Shown: positions 12,107 to 21,823 of the stretch, one piece after another
Position numbering within the stretch: the first letter of the stretch is position 1
How the letters are laid out: every line of letters starts with the position of its first letter
DNA from: Sedimentisphaerales bacterium
GTDB lineage: Bacteria; Planctomycetota; Phycisphaerae; Sedimentisphaerales; SM23-30
Direction: 5' to 3' (one strand)
Assembly (NCBI GenBank): GCA_963666285.1
Contig: OY762711.1
Length of the DNA stretch: 64,000 bases
The notes under the pieces: generated by a model
Told to the model about the DNA's origin: nothing
The model's input: only the letters and a program-made list of their open reading frames with translations
Database searches by the model: none
Made by a program: the position numbers and the translations under genes

Positions 12107-13822
12107 ATGGAAGATTTTAAGACATATTTATTAAACCAGAATGTTTTCCAACCATCTGAGTTGGACAATATCCCTGATAATTTACAGGAGCCTTTACACT
12201 ATTGGCTCCTAGGGCAATTTCCTTCCAGGGAAATAGACATCTGGATATGTCTTTCGGAATTCCTGCACACTAAGTTAATATCACCCGATTCTGTCGAGTA
12301 TTCACCAAATCTCAAACTGTTATTGCCGGCAAAGTTAGCTCATAACCTCACAGTCGCTCCTATCGAAATTACGGGGAATACCGTGAAACTTGTTATGGCA
12401 GACCCAGGACAGCTTGATAAATGCGATGAAATTGGCCTGATGCTCAACCTGGACAGCCTATCCGACACTTCGTCAGCAAACCTGGAAGTTATTGGACAAC
12501 TGGCCAGTCCCAGCGATGTCAGGGAGATAATTAAAAGAGTATATGGGCTCGGTGCTGAAACCGTTGAAAATGTAATTATCGAAAATGAATATTCTCTTTC
12601 TGAGTCCGAGACGGCAGATATTTCTCAAGCGATCCATGTTGATATTAACAGCGAAGGCTATCATGATGCCGCAATAATAAGATTTGTTAATCAGCTAATT
12701 TTGGAAGCCATTAAGTGCAATGCCTCTGATATTCATCTGGAACCTTATGAAACAAGCTTCCAGGTACGATATAGAATTGACGGAATGCTGCATACAGAGC
12801 CTGTTCCTTCCAATATTAAAAATCTTGAATCAGCTATAATATCAAGAATTAAAATAATGGCTAATCTGGATATCGCTGAAAAACGTCTTCCGCAAGATGG
12901 ACAAATTAGAATTCAGGCCCTAGGACGCCCTATCGATGTCAGGGTATCTGCTATCCCAACTATGTTTGGCCAGGGGCTGGTATTAAGACTTCTGGATAGA
13001 GAAACTGCTTTTATCAAGTTCGATAATCTCGGCATGTCAGAAAGACATATGAGCATGTTTAAGAATGCAGTATCTATCTCCCATGGCGTTGTCCTGCTCA
13101 CAGGCCCTACCGGAAGCGGTAAAACTACTACATTATATTCGCTGCTCAATGAAATCAATAGAGATAACAGCAAAGTTATTACTGTTGAAGATCCAATTGA
13201 ATATCAACTGGAAAATGTTTCGCAAATCCAGGTTAAACCGGAAATTGGACTTACCTTTACACATTCATTGCGAAGCATACTCAGGCATGACCCTGATATC
13301 ATAATGATTGGTGAAATCCGGGATACAGACACTGCCAGGATCGCAATTTCATCTGCAATGACCGGACATCTCGTGCTGAGCACCCTGCATACTAATGATG
13401 CTACTTCTTCATCTATCAGGCTGATGGAAATGGGAATCGAACCATATCTGGTGGCTTCTGCCCTCGAACTGGTGGCTGCCCAAAGACTTGTCCGACTATT
13501 ATGCCCAAGATGTAAAATTGCCGTTTTAGATAAAAATAAAATACCTGATGATATTCGAGGAAGGCTAACTCCGGGCAAAATATTTGAACCTGTCGGTTGC
13601 AATGATTGTCGCCATACCGGATACAAAGGACGTTCGGCTATAATAGAAATGTTTGAACTAAATGAAGAAATTCGCAATATGATTATAGAAAAGGCGAATG
13701 CTTCTTCTATTAGAAATAAAGCCGTTGAAAAAGGAATGGAAACTTTATACGAAAACGGATTAGAAAAAATTAACCAGGGAATTACCTCACTGGCTGAAGT
13801 ATATCGTGTAGCTGGAAAATAG
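12107..13822 (+). CDS. gspE: GspE/PulE/PilB secretion ATPase
   Basis: ASDIHLEP, LDIAEKRLPQDG, Walker A GPTGSGKTTT, LRHDPDIIMIGEIRD, TGHLVLSTLHTND, two CxxC. Confidence 0.92.
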   Translation: MEDFKTYLLNQNVFQPSELDNIPDNLQEPLHYWLLGQFPSREIDIWICLSEFLHTKLISPDSVEYSPNLKLLLPAKLAHNLTVAPIEITGNTVKLVMADPGQLDKCDEIGLMLNLDSLSDTSSANLEVIGQLASPSDVREIIKRVYGLGAETVENVIIENEYSLSESETADISQAIHVDINSEGYHDAAIIRFVNQLILEAIKCNASDIHLEPYETSFQVRYRIDGMLHTEPVPSNIKNLESAIISRIKIMANLDIAEKRLPQDGQIRIQALGRPIDVRVSAIPTMFGQGLVLRLLDRETAFIKFDNLGMSERHMSMFKNAVSISHGVVLLTGPTGSGKTTTLYSLLNEINRDNSKVITVEDPIEYQLENVSQIQVKPEIGLTFTHSLRSILRHDPDIIMIGEIRDTDTARIAISSAMTGHLVLSTLHTNDATSSSIRLMEMGIEPYLVASALELVAAQRLVRLLCPRCKIAVLDKNKIPDDIRGRLTPGKIFEPVGCNDCRHTGYKGRSAIIEMFELNEEIRNMIIEKANASSIRNKAVEKGMETLYENGLEKINQGITSLAEVYRVAGK

Positions 13823-13877
13823 CTTATCAGTAAATATAAGTAATAATAATCTTCAAACCTATTTTTTGTTAAATCTT

Positions 13878-15359
13878 ATGCTCGGAATAGATATTGGCAA
13901 CAACCAAATAAATATACTCAACCTGAAACGCAAACGCGGTAAATGGACCGTTACTGGTTCCGCCGTAATATCTTATGGCAAAGATCAGCAGGTTGAATCG
14001 ATAGGAAAAAAACTGCTAAATATAATTGGAAAGCAAGGTTGGAATAAAAGAGACGCTGTGATATCTATTGCTAACAAGCCTTGCTTTGTTAAAAGACTTG
14101 AGGTTAATGAAGTTCACACCGGTACTCTTTCGCGTGCTGAAATCGATAACCTTATCAGCAAAGCCAAAAACTCACTTGTTGCCTCTGCTGAAAATATGGT
14201 CTTCGATATTTGGCAGCCTAGACTTTCTCATATCGGCAATCGTTTTGCCCTTATCGGTGCTGCCCAAAAAAGCTCGATATTATTTGCTCGACAACTTGCC
14301 GACTACTGCGGCTTAAAGCTAAAATCTATCGAACTCAGGCCTGTAGCAATATTAAACGGATTAATGAATTGCTGGAACAATGCCGAAGAACAAAATATAG
14401 CAGTAATTTATAAGGATATCTCTCGTTTTGTAGTAGCCATATTTGACAACCTTGGACTTGTTTCTATACAAACCACTCCTATAGGATCAGGTGATGCAAA
14501 TGACGATGCTAACCAAATATTAAGAATATTTAATACTATAAAACTTAAAAGTGACAGTTCTTTACCAAACAGAATATTTCTTTCGGGCATATCTAATACT
14601 GAATTCTCTAAATGGGAAAATGATCTGGGTGCTATTATTGCTCACAATACTTCAATGGAAGTAACTACCTGTGACACTGATCTGGATATTGCCTGGCAGG
14701 CAGATAATTCCGATCATGCACCTGATTTTGCTGGGGCTTTGGGGGCTGCATTTGATGGCGTAGGTGCCAGTCCTGTATCTTTCGATTTTCTACATATAAA
14801 AGAAAAAAAAACGCAGGATAATAAAAACAATAGTCATACTACTCTTCTGATTGCTATCATTTTATTATCGATGCTTGCTTTGATTTTATGGATCAGTATT
14901 GTTGGCCAGAGAAAATCTACTATTAGAAGGCTTGAAAAAGATGTAGCTAATTCGGAACCCTTAAAAACACAAGTTTATGATGCACAGTCTCATTGGGTGA
15001 GTTGTATGAAATATATTCATGAGGCCAAAGGAGGTTCCAGACTGGAATATCTCAAGGTGCTTTATGAAATTTCCAGACGTATGCCTGAAACAGATAAAGC
15101 ATATCTTACAAACCTTTCAGTATACACAGACAAAAATGAAAATGGATATAATGTTAAACTTACGGTAAAGGCCACTGAAGCAACTTTAATTACTGAATTG
15201 ATTGAAAGCTTGAATAAATCCGATAAGTTCAAAGATATCAAGCAGGACGGTGCTAGAACACATGACGAAACGGATACATTCTATCCAATCAGCTTTTCTG
15301 TTACATTTAATCTGAACAGACCTCCTGCCATAAAACCTTATCCGAAAGGAGCAGAGTAG
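13878..15359 (+). CDS. PilM-like cytoplasmic domain plus TM and PilN-like periplasmic domain (GspL-like)
   Basis: LGIDIG actin-fold start, IFLSG, one TM at about residues 328-345, downstream of gspE. Start set at ATG 13878. Confidence 0.65.
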   Translation: MLGIDIGNNQINILNLKRKRGKWTVTGSAVISYGKDQQVESIGKKLLNIIGKQGWNKRDAVISIANKPCFVKRLEVNEVHTGTLSRAEIDNLISKAKNSLVASAENMVFDIWQPRLSHIGNRFALIGAAQKSSILFARQLADYCGLKLKSIELRPVAILNGLMNCWNNAEEQNIAVIYKDISRFVVAIFDNLGLVSIQTTPIGSGDANDDANQILRIFNTIKLKSDSSLPNRIFLSGISNTEFSKWENDLGAIIAHNTSMEVTTCDTDLDIAWQADNSDHAPDFAGALGAAFDGVGASPVSFDFLHIKEKKTQDNKNNSHTTLLIAIILLSMLALILWISIVGQRKSTIRRLEKDVANSEPLKTQVYDAQSHWVSCMKYIHEAKGGSRLEYLKVLYEISRRMPETDKAYLTNLSVYTDKNENGYNVKLTVKATEATLITELIESLNKSDKFKDIKQDGARTHDETDTFYPISFSVTFNLNRPPAIKPYPKGAE

Positions 15360-15362
15360 ATA

Positions 15363-15962
15363 ATGGCACTCAAAAAGCGTAATATTCTTATTCTGCCAAT
15401 TATAATCATCATAGCTTTTGTTGGTTACTTTACTTACAAAAAATGTACCGAATACCTTGAAAAACTGGAACATGAAATAAATCAGAAAAGCCTTGAATAC
15501 AGCCTGATCAAACAGGAAATAGATGATAATAAGGTGTATGAAGAAAAATGGGACAGCATAAAATCATTTATGAACGAACTACCTGGCGATCGAATGAACA
15601 ACTATGGAGATTTTCTGATCAATCTGGAAACTGAACGTAATTTTGATCTTCAGTCTACACCCGAAGAAGTTCCAATTCCGGCTAATGAAGAAATGCAGGA
15701 AATTGTTTTTAAGCTGCAGTTTACTTCTACAATTACAGACCTGGCTGAATTCCTGGGCAGACTTGACAGCGAACAGAATAAACTTCTACAAATTAAAAGT
15801 ATGACTGTAAACTACCACGGTAAATCATTCAGACCAGGTTACTCCACTATTGATAAAAATGAAGACAAAGAACTGGTTGTTGATCTTGTTTTAGCTACCC
15901 CAGCCAAAGCTGTAGAAAGTGAAGAAAACGACATAAAATATGGCGGAACTTTACTGCCTTAG
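15363..15962 (+). CDS. PilO/GspM-like bitopic membrane protein
   Basis: N-terminal TM, coiled coil, LAEFLGRLD..LLQIKSM segment; operon context. Confidence 0.55.
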   Translation: MALKKRNILILPIIIIIAFVGYFTYKKCTEYLEKLEHEINQKSLEYSLIKQEIDDNKVYEEKWDSIKSFMNELPGDRMNNYGDFLINLETERNFDLQSTPEEVPIPANEEMQEIVFKLQFTSTITDLAEFLGRLDSEQNKLLQIKSMTVNYHGKSFRPGYSTIDKNEDKELVVDLVLATPAKAVESEENDIKYGGTLLP

Positions 15963-16009
15963 TTAATCAATAAAAAAGAGATAGAAGCACATAACATGCC
16001 ATACATGAT

Positions 16010-17815
16010 ATGGTATATAACATTAATATGAAATATTACATGACCCGCAAGAAAAAAAATTCTGCTACTATTTGGAAAATTAGAGAAGCATGGAGTGAAA
16101 GAGACAAGCTGGCCGGATCGGTGGGAGTACCCTCATTCATTGCTCAGTTGCTTTATAACCGCGGCATAAGCGACCCTGACAGCGCTAGAGATTTTCTCAC
16201 TCCAAAACTTAGCCAGCTTCATGAACCGGAGTCGATGAAAGGTATAAAGCCTTCTGTTGCTAGAATCAGGGAAGCTCTCGAAAAAGATGAAAAGATTGTT
16301 ATTTATGGCGATTATGATGTTGACGGTACAACCGGAACTGCCATCCTCTGGCATTGCCTTAAATTATGCGGTAAAGAAGTAGATTTTTATGTCCCTCATA
16401 GAATTGATGAAGGATACGGACTGCATTCAGACGCAGTAAGACAACTTGCAGAAGAAGGCTGCACTCTGCTTATAACCGTAGATTGTGCTATTACAGCAGT
16501 GGAACAGGTTGAACTGGCTAATACTCTGGGAATGGATGTTATTATAACAGACCATCACACCCCGCCGGAAATTCTACCTCCTGCTCTGGCTATTGTTCAC
16601 CCTAATCTTCCTGATGAATATTATCCTAACCCACATCTTTGCGGTTCAGGAGTAGCTTTCAAGCTTAGTTGGGCTATTGCAAAAACCTTTTCTGGCGGTT
16701 CAAAAGTAAAACCGGAATTTAGAGAGTTTTTATTAGCTGCTACATCACTTGCAGCACTTGGTACTATTGGTGATGTCGTCCCCCTGGTTGGCGAAAACCG
16801 TGTACTGGCATTATGGGGTATCAATGGCCTGATGAATAGTAAAAATTTAGGTATTAAAGCCCTCATGGAAAAAGCCGGCCTCAAGGATGCCCTTACCAGC
16901 AGAGATGTTGCCTTCATGCTCGCTCCCCGACTTAATGCTGCCGGCCGACTAGGACATGCCAGGCTGGCAATAGAACTTTTCACAACTGAAAGTCAGATGA
17001 AAGCTGAACAAATTGCCAGCTACTTGGACCAGCAAAATAAAAATCGCCAGAAAATTGAAAAAGAGATTACCGACCAGGCATGCAAAAAAATTAAAGCTGC
17101 CGGATGGGATAAAAATGATTGGAAAGTTATTGTCATTGAAGATGAAAACTGGCATTCCGGCGTTGTAGGAATTGTTGCTGGAAGGCTTTTGGATAAGTTT
17201 AGCAAACCAACAATAGTACTTACCGCCACCGAAAATGGCTGGTATCACGGTTCTGCTCGCAGCATTGACGGGTTTAATATTTATGATGCTCTTAATGCCT
17301 GTTCTGAGCACCTGATCGATTTTGGAGGCCATTCCAAGGCTGCTGGCATGAAAGTTTCATTAGATAAAATTAATGACTTCAGAAATGCATTAAATCAGTA
17401 CGCACAGGATCACCTGGATGAAGATGATATCAAAATGGTGATAAATATTGATACCGAAACGAAGCTGCACGAATTGACTATGAATGCAGTTAAATCTATA
17501 AGCAACCTGGAGCCAATTGGTGAAGGTAACCCGCCTGTAACCCTTGCCGCCAAGGGACTGGAACTTGTTGAGCCTCCTCGTAAAATGGGTAAAGCAGGAA
17601 ACCACTTATCACTTATGGTTAGAGACCCAGAAAAAAGCAACCTGATTATGCGAGCGGTTGCATTCAGTATGGCAGATATGGAAAAAATACTCACTGATGC
17701 TCAGACTATTGATATTGCTTTCAGTCCGAAAGTTAACCATTTTAATGGCAATTCAACTGTTGAAATGATGGTCACCGATATTAAAGTTTCTTCTGAAAAT
17801 AGTGTTCTTGAGTAA
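16010..17815 (+). CDS. recJ: ssDNA-specific exonuclease RecJ
   Basis: YGDYDVDG, ITVDC, ITDHH, PRLNAAGR, GSARS, GGHSKAAG. True start may be a few codons downstream. Confidence 0.95.
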   Translation: MVYNINMKYYMTRKKKNSATIWKIREAWSERDKLAGSVGVPSFIAQLLYNRGISDPDSARDFLTPKLSQLHEPESMKGIKPSVARIREALEKDEKIVIYGDYDVDGTTGTAILWHCLKLCGKEVDFYVPHRIDEGYGLHSDAVRQLAEEGCTLLITVDCAITAVEQVELANTLGMDVIITDHHTPPEILPPALAIVHPNLPDEYYPNPHLCGSGVAFKLSWAIAKTFSGGSKVKPEFREFLLAATSLAALGTIGDVVPLVGENRVLALWGINGLMNSKNLGIKALMEKAGLKDALTSRDVAFMLAPRLNAAGRLGHARLAIELFTTESQMKAEQIASYLDQQNKNRQKIEKEITDQACKKIKAAGWDKNDWKVIVIEDENWHSGVVGIVAGRLLDKFSKPTIVLTATENGWYHGSARSIDGFNIYDALNACSEHLIDFGGHSKAAGMKVSLDKINDFRNALNQYAQDHLDEDDIKMVINIDTETKLHELTMNAVKSISNLEPIGEGNPPVTLAAKGLELVEPPRKMGKAGNHLSLMVRDPEKSNLIMRAVAFSMADMEKILTDAQTIDIAFSPKVNHFNGNSTVEMMVTDIKVSSENSVLE

Positions 17816-17840
17816 ATGCTATCTTTTACCTTAACATCTT

Positions 17841-17976
17841 AAAATGACTGGCTTTACAGTCTAATTTGCTGTAACAGATTATATTACAATTCGTTACAGT
17901 AATAAATTGTTTGCACTGCAACATTCCTTGTAAATACCTCGCAAACTGACCATCGGTCAGTTTAGTTAACATGTAA
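17841..17976. repeat. Dispersed structured repeat / MITE-like family A, copy 1
   Basis: Aligns by eye to 31687-31855 (AAAATGAC...GTAACA..ATTATA..GTTACA...CATTCCTTG...AATACCTC.CAAACTGAC.ATC.GTCA.TTT). Confidence 0.75.
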
Positions 17977-18077
17977 ATGAAAAAGACCTCTATCAAACTG
18001 CGATAGAAGCCTTTTTATTCATTTCATTCTCTTTTCAACAGTAATATTATATCACTGCATTTCCTTTATCCATTATA

Positions 18078-18944
18078 TTAGCGTCTGCGACGAAGCAGAA
18101 GACCGCCTAGAGTCAATAGACCAACTGTTGCTGGTTCTGGAACTGCTATCAGTTCTTCTGGAGCAAGAACTGTATCACTGATACGAATATTGTCCATATA
18201 ACCATTGATATGATCAACAAAACCACCGTTATACCAGCCGCGACCAAATGTCCATGTATAATTTGTGAATGCTAAAGCATTATCTGCAATTGACTGACCA
18301 TTTCCTTCTAGAGAATCTTCAGAAATATCTAAAGAACCAACTACCTGGTAACCTGAACCATCATCAATCAGCATTGTTACAGTTTCGCCATCACTCTGAA
18401 CAGCCAGACCATACCAATAGTTAGCTTGTAGAGTATAATCTCCATCTAATACCCAGCGTTGACCGCCAACAGTATCAAAATTCAGACGGAATTTATTATC
18501 AATACCATTATTCTGCAGATAAAAATCTGCTTCAGCTTCACCCTGGCTTGAACCATCTCGACCTATTATTGTTTTCCAACCATTAAGTTCTTTAAGAGAA
18601 ACTGAACATTCAATTGTCCATGTTGAAGATGACCATGTAGTCAAGGCTTCATCAGTGCAATAACCATCCTGGTGACTGTCAGCATTTCTCATTCCAACTG
18701 AAGAACCCGGCAACTCGGTATTACTTACAAAAGATGGACCATAATAATCACTCCAACCTCTCATTAGATACCCGCCAACAGAATCTACTGTTCCGCCAGA
18801 GCCATCAGCTTCACCTGCTGCTGAATCTGTAAATGGTTCACCTGCGACACCGTCTTCAAAATCCCAATATGCAATCGTAGCACCAAAAGTAGATACACTC
18901 ATCAATGCCAGGAACACAAAACATAGTTTAACCAACTTACTCAT
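18078..18944 (-). CDS. Secreted LamG-like protein with PEP-CTERM sorting signal
   Basis: Signal peptide, IAYWDFED, WTIEC, GYMDNIRISD, C-terminal VPEPATVGLLTLGGLLLRRRR. Confidence 0.88.
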   Translation of the reverse strand: MSKLVKLCFVFLALMSVSTFGATIAYWDFEDGVAGEPFTDSAAGEADGSGGTVDSVGGYLMRGWSDYYGPSFVSNTELPGSSVGMRNADSHQDGYCTDEALTTWSSSTWTIECSVSLKELNGWKTIIGRDGSSQGEAEADFYLQNNGIDNKFRLNFDTVGGQRWVLDGDYTLQANYWYGLAVQSDGETVTMLIDDGSGYQVVGSLDISEDSLEGNGQSIADNALAFTNYTWTFGRGWYNGGFVDHINGYMDNIRISDTVLAPEELIAVPEPATVGLLTLGGLLLRRRR

Positions 18945-19516
18945 CGTATCGATCCTCCAAAGAAATCACATTTTCTCTTGTAATAATCCTAACGTTAATT
19001 ATTACATTCTCATTATTAAAGAATTTCCATATATGTGGAAATTCACAAAACACAAAAAACATAATTTTGTATGTATACTTATTAATGATTAGTAACAATT
19101 CAAAAATGAATTGCATTTAAATATAAATAAGTCAAAAAGATTTCCTTTGCATGACTTTTATCTAAGGACAAGAATTAGTCCCTTTAAGATATATAATTAT
19201 TATATCATAGAGTTTTTCTCAGGTCAAGAATTTTGTCAAAAACAGCATCATATTCGCATTTTTCCACAAGTTATGAATTTTAATAATCTTACATAATAAT
19301 ATTTAAGTTCAAAATAAACGATATTATTAACTATATTGTACAAAGTAATTATTTATGCACATATTATTCAAATATGCGCATAGATTTATAAAAACTGAAT
19401 TTAATTGAAAAATGCGTCAAAATGGGCAATTGATAACGATTAACGAGATATGATAATAGTTAAAATTGTATTGAAATCATTTTGTCTGGCCAATGACTAG
19501 CCAGATTAAGGTTGCC

Positions 19517-20320
19517 TTATTCTCTTCCAGCTGGAAACGCCACCGAAAAGATTGTTCCTTTGCCTAACTCACTCTCAACAGATATATTTCCTTTGTGTGT
19601 CTCTACTATCTGTTTACAAACCATTAGCCCAAGGCCTGTTCCTATTCTATCCTGACTTTTGCCGCCCTTTTTTGTCGTAAAAAACGGCTCAAATATTTTA
19701 TGCAAAATATCTTCAGGTATGCCATGTCCGGTATCCTCAACAGCTATCTCCACCATACAATCCTCAACTCTTTTAGCTGATACCTTTAAAACTCCCTTCC
19801 TGTCATCAATCATTGCCTGCCGAGCATTAATTATCAAATTCAGTATCACCTGTTGGAGCTGACTATGGATTGCATAAACATCAATATCCTCTGGGACATC
19901 TATTATTACTTTTATCCCGTCTTTTTCAAAATCTCTCGCCAGGCATCGAAATGATTCCCGTACGACATTATAAAGATTAACATCGTGAAATTCCTGGCTT
20001 TCTGCCCGAGTCATCCCCAGAATGCTTTCTATGATATGCCCTGCTTGCGTGCCCTGTTTAACGGTCTTTTCTAAGGTCTTTTTTATCAATTTTTTGTCAT
20101 CTGGATGTTTTAATGCCAACTCGGCATAATTAATAATAGGCATCAAAAGATTATTAAACTCATGTGCAACCAGACAGCTCATTGTACCCATTGTTGCCAA
20201 TTTTTGAGCAAATATCAACTGTTCCTCAAGATCCTTAATCTTCTGCTCGCTATCTTCCAGTTGGCGATAGATATTTTTACGCTGATTTAAGAATTCTGTT
20301 TTTTCTTCCAAATGTTCCAA
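19517..20320 (-). CDS. Cytoplasmic histidine kinase (HisKA plus HATPase, no sensor domain)
   Basis: AHEFNNLL H-box, NLIINA, DTGHGI, FEPFFTTK, GTGLGL. Confidence 0.9.
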   Translation of the reverse strand: MEHLEEKTEFLNQRKNIYRQLEDSEQKIKDLEEQLIFAQKLATMGTMSCLVAHEFNNLLMPIINYAELALKHPDDKKLIKKTLEKTVKQGTQAGHIIESILGMTRAESQEFHDVNLYNVVRESFRCLARDFEKDGIKVIIDVPEDIDVYAIHSQLQQVILNLIINARQAMIDDRKGVLKVSAKRVEDCMVEIAVEDTGHGIPEDILHKIFEPFFTTKKGGKSQDRIGTGLGLMVCKQIVETHKGNISVESELGKGTIFSVAFPAGRE

Positions 20321-20525
20321 TTTAACTATTGCGACCCTGTAAAAATGAGTTAAAATAATTATAGGACCTGTATATCGTTCTAATATCCAGGTTTCTATTT
20401 AATCGGAACAATGGGGCTGTTTTCTTGAGATTTACCCAAATAGAAACCCGTACTTTTATTTTTTCTGATATAGCCTTATATTACAGATACTTACCATTAT
20501 TACGTTTGGGGGAATATCGAACTTT

Positions 20526-20783
20526 ATGAATGAGTATCAAATTTTGGAAAGCTTGCTGGCTGTAGCCGAAGAACTTGGTATCGAAGTCCGAAAGGAACAA
20601 ATCGATGGAGTTTCTGGAGGTGGTCTATGCAAACTTAAGAATAGGCTGGTTTTAATTATTGATCGAACTTCACCATTAACTGAACAAATCAACGCTGCTG
20701 CCGCTTCTCTTAAGGACCGACCGGAACTCGAATGTATATATCTCAGACCTCAGGTTAGAGACGCAATAGAAAGTACTGTATAA
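20526..20783 (+). CDS. Small hypothetical protein
   Basis: 85-aa ORF with G-rich SD (GGGGGA); LGIEVRKE..GGGLC.L pattern. Confidence 0.7.
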   Translation: MNEYQILESLLAVAEELGIEVRKEQIDGVSGGGLCKLKNRLVLIIDRTSPLTEQINAAAASLKDRPELECIYLRPQVRDAIESTV

Positions 20784-20797
20784 ACAGAATTTCCTTA

Positions 20798-21823
20798 TCA
20801 GGTATATCTCTTAGGAGGCCTTGTTATATTATTAAGTACTGGTACTACCAGGCCGACAAGTAATACTCCATATAATTCTGCAAAAAATACTGGCAGATAC
20901 AACCGAAAAAGAATAGCAAAAGATCCTGCCAAATATGCCGCCCAAACCTGTCCCCTAACTGTTATTGGCCGAGACGTTGTATCTAAAAACAAAACCATTG
21001 CTGAAAAAAATACATACCCTGTAAAGATTTGATAAATTATATAAGCAGTTATAACATCACCTGATAGACCGCTGGCTAGAATACTGTGATACCCATCGGA
21101 ACTCTTTATAGGCAGCAATACAATTGCCATAATAACAGCAAAAATATAAGTTGCAGGAACACGCCAGTTTAAATATCCTCGGTATATACAGTATACTCCA
21201 AATATTGAAAATATTGCCGGACTTGCGGCAATTACCGGCATATCACAACCCAGCAAACAATCCACAATTGTAGGCAATCTGTTAATAAAGATATCCTCAA
21301 TATTTAATTTCCCATCAATCATCACCAGCTTTGACAACTCAAATGAATTCATTGTCATCGCAGTTCCTGTCTGCTGCTCATACTGTCCAAAAATATTCTC
21401 CAAAATACCCCTGTCAAATAACTCGAGTATGGCAACAGAAAGCAAAACCGGATGCAGCCAATATCTTCCCATACCCTTGAAAAAGTGTTTGTATAAAACC
21501 GCAAAAGCCGTTACTAAGAGAATTATTGGCCAACCAAGCTCTGCCGGAAGAATGTAACAGGCAACCATTGCTAAAAATAGCGTATGAGCCGTCGAACCGC
21601 GATAACCGCCGCAACGGCAAAAAATAATTGTTTTTTCAAGTATAAAAGCAAATACAACCGGTATAATACACGTCATTATTGACAATTTATTACATATTAA
21701 ATTTACTCCAATACCTGATAATACAATCAAAAACAACTGAACGTATAACATCATTCGTGACGTTTCCGCTACCGGTCTAAACGGACTGCAATGGCATAAA
21801 TGAGTTCTTCTACTACTTTCCAT
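20798..21823 (-). CDS. rnfD: RnfD/NqrB-family membrane protein (divergent)
   Basis: HLCHCSP...TSRMML start, KHFFKGMG, LNWRVP, DTTSRPITVRG; overlaps the rnfC-like gene. Confidence 0.7.
   Translation of the reverse strand: MESSRRTHLCHCSPFRPVAETSRMMLYVQLFLIVLSGIGVNLICNKLSIMTCIIPVVFAFILEKTIIFCRCGGYRGSTAHTLFLAMVACYILPAELGWPIILLVTAFAVLYKHFFKGMGRYWLHPVLLSVAILELFDRGILENIFGQYEQQTGTAMTMNSFELSKLVMIDGKLNIEDIFINRLPTIVDCLLGCDMPVIAASPAIFSIFGVYCIYRGYLNWRVPATYIFAVIMAIVLLPIKSSDGYHSILASGLSGDVITAYIIYQIFTGYVFFSAMVLFLDTTSRPITVRGQVWAAYLAGSFAILFRLYLPVFFAELYGVLLVGLVVPVLNNITRPPKRYT

Noticed and set aside
18945..19516. 570-bp AT-rich intergenic region with a 61-aa ORF
   Set aside because: No SD, repeat or stable structure seen; probably the regulatory region of the PEP-CTERM gene.
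19507..19519. TAAGGTTGCCTTA resembling the family B MITE end
   Set aside because: Only 13 bp and no internal core; could be chance.
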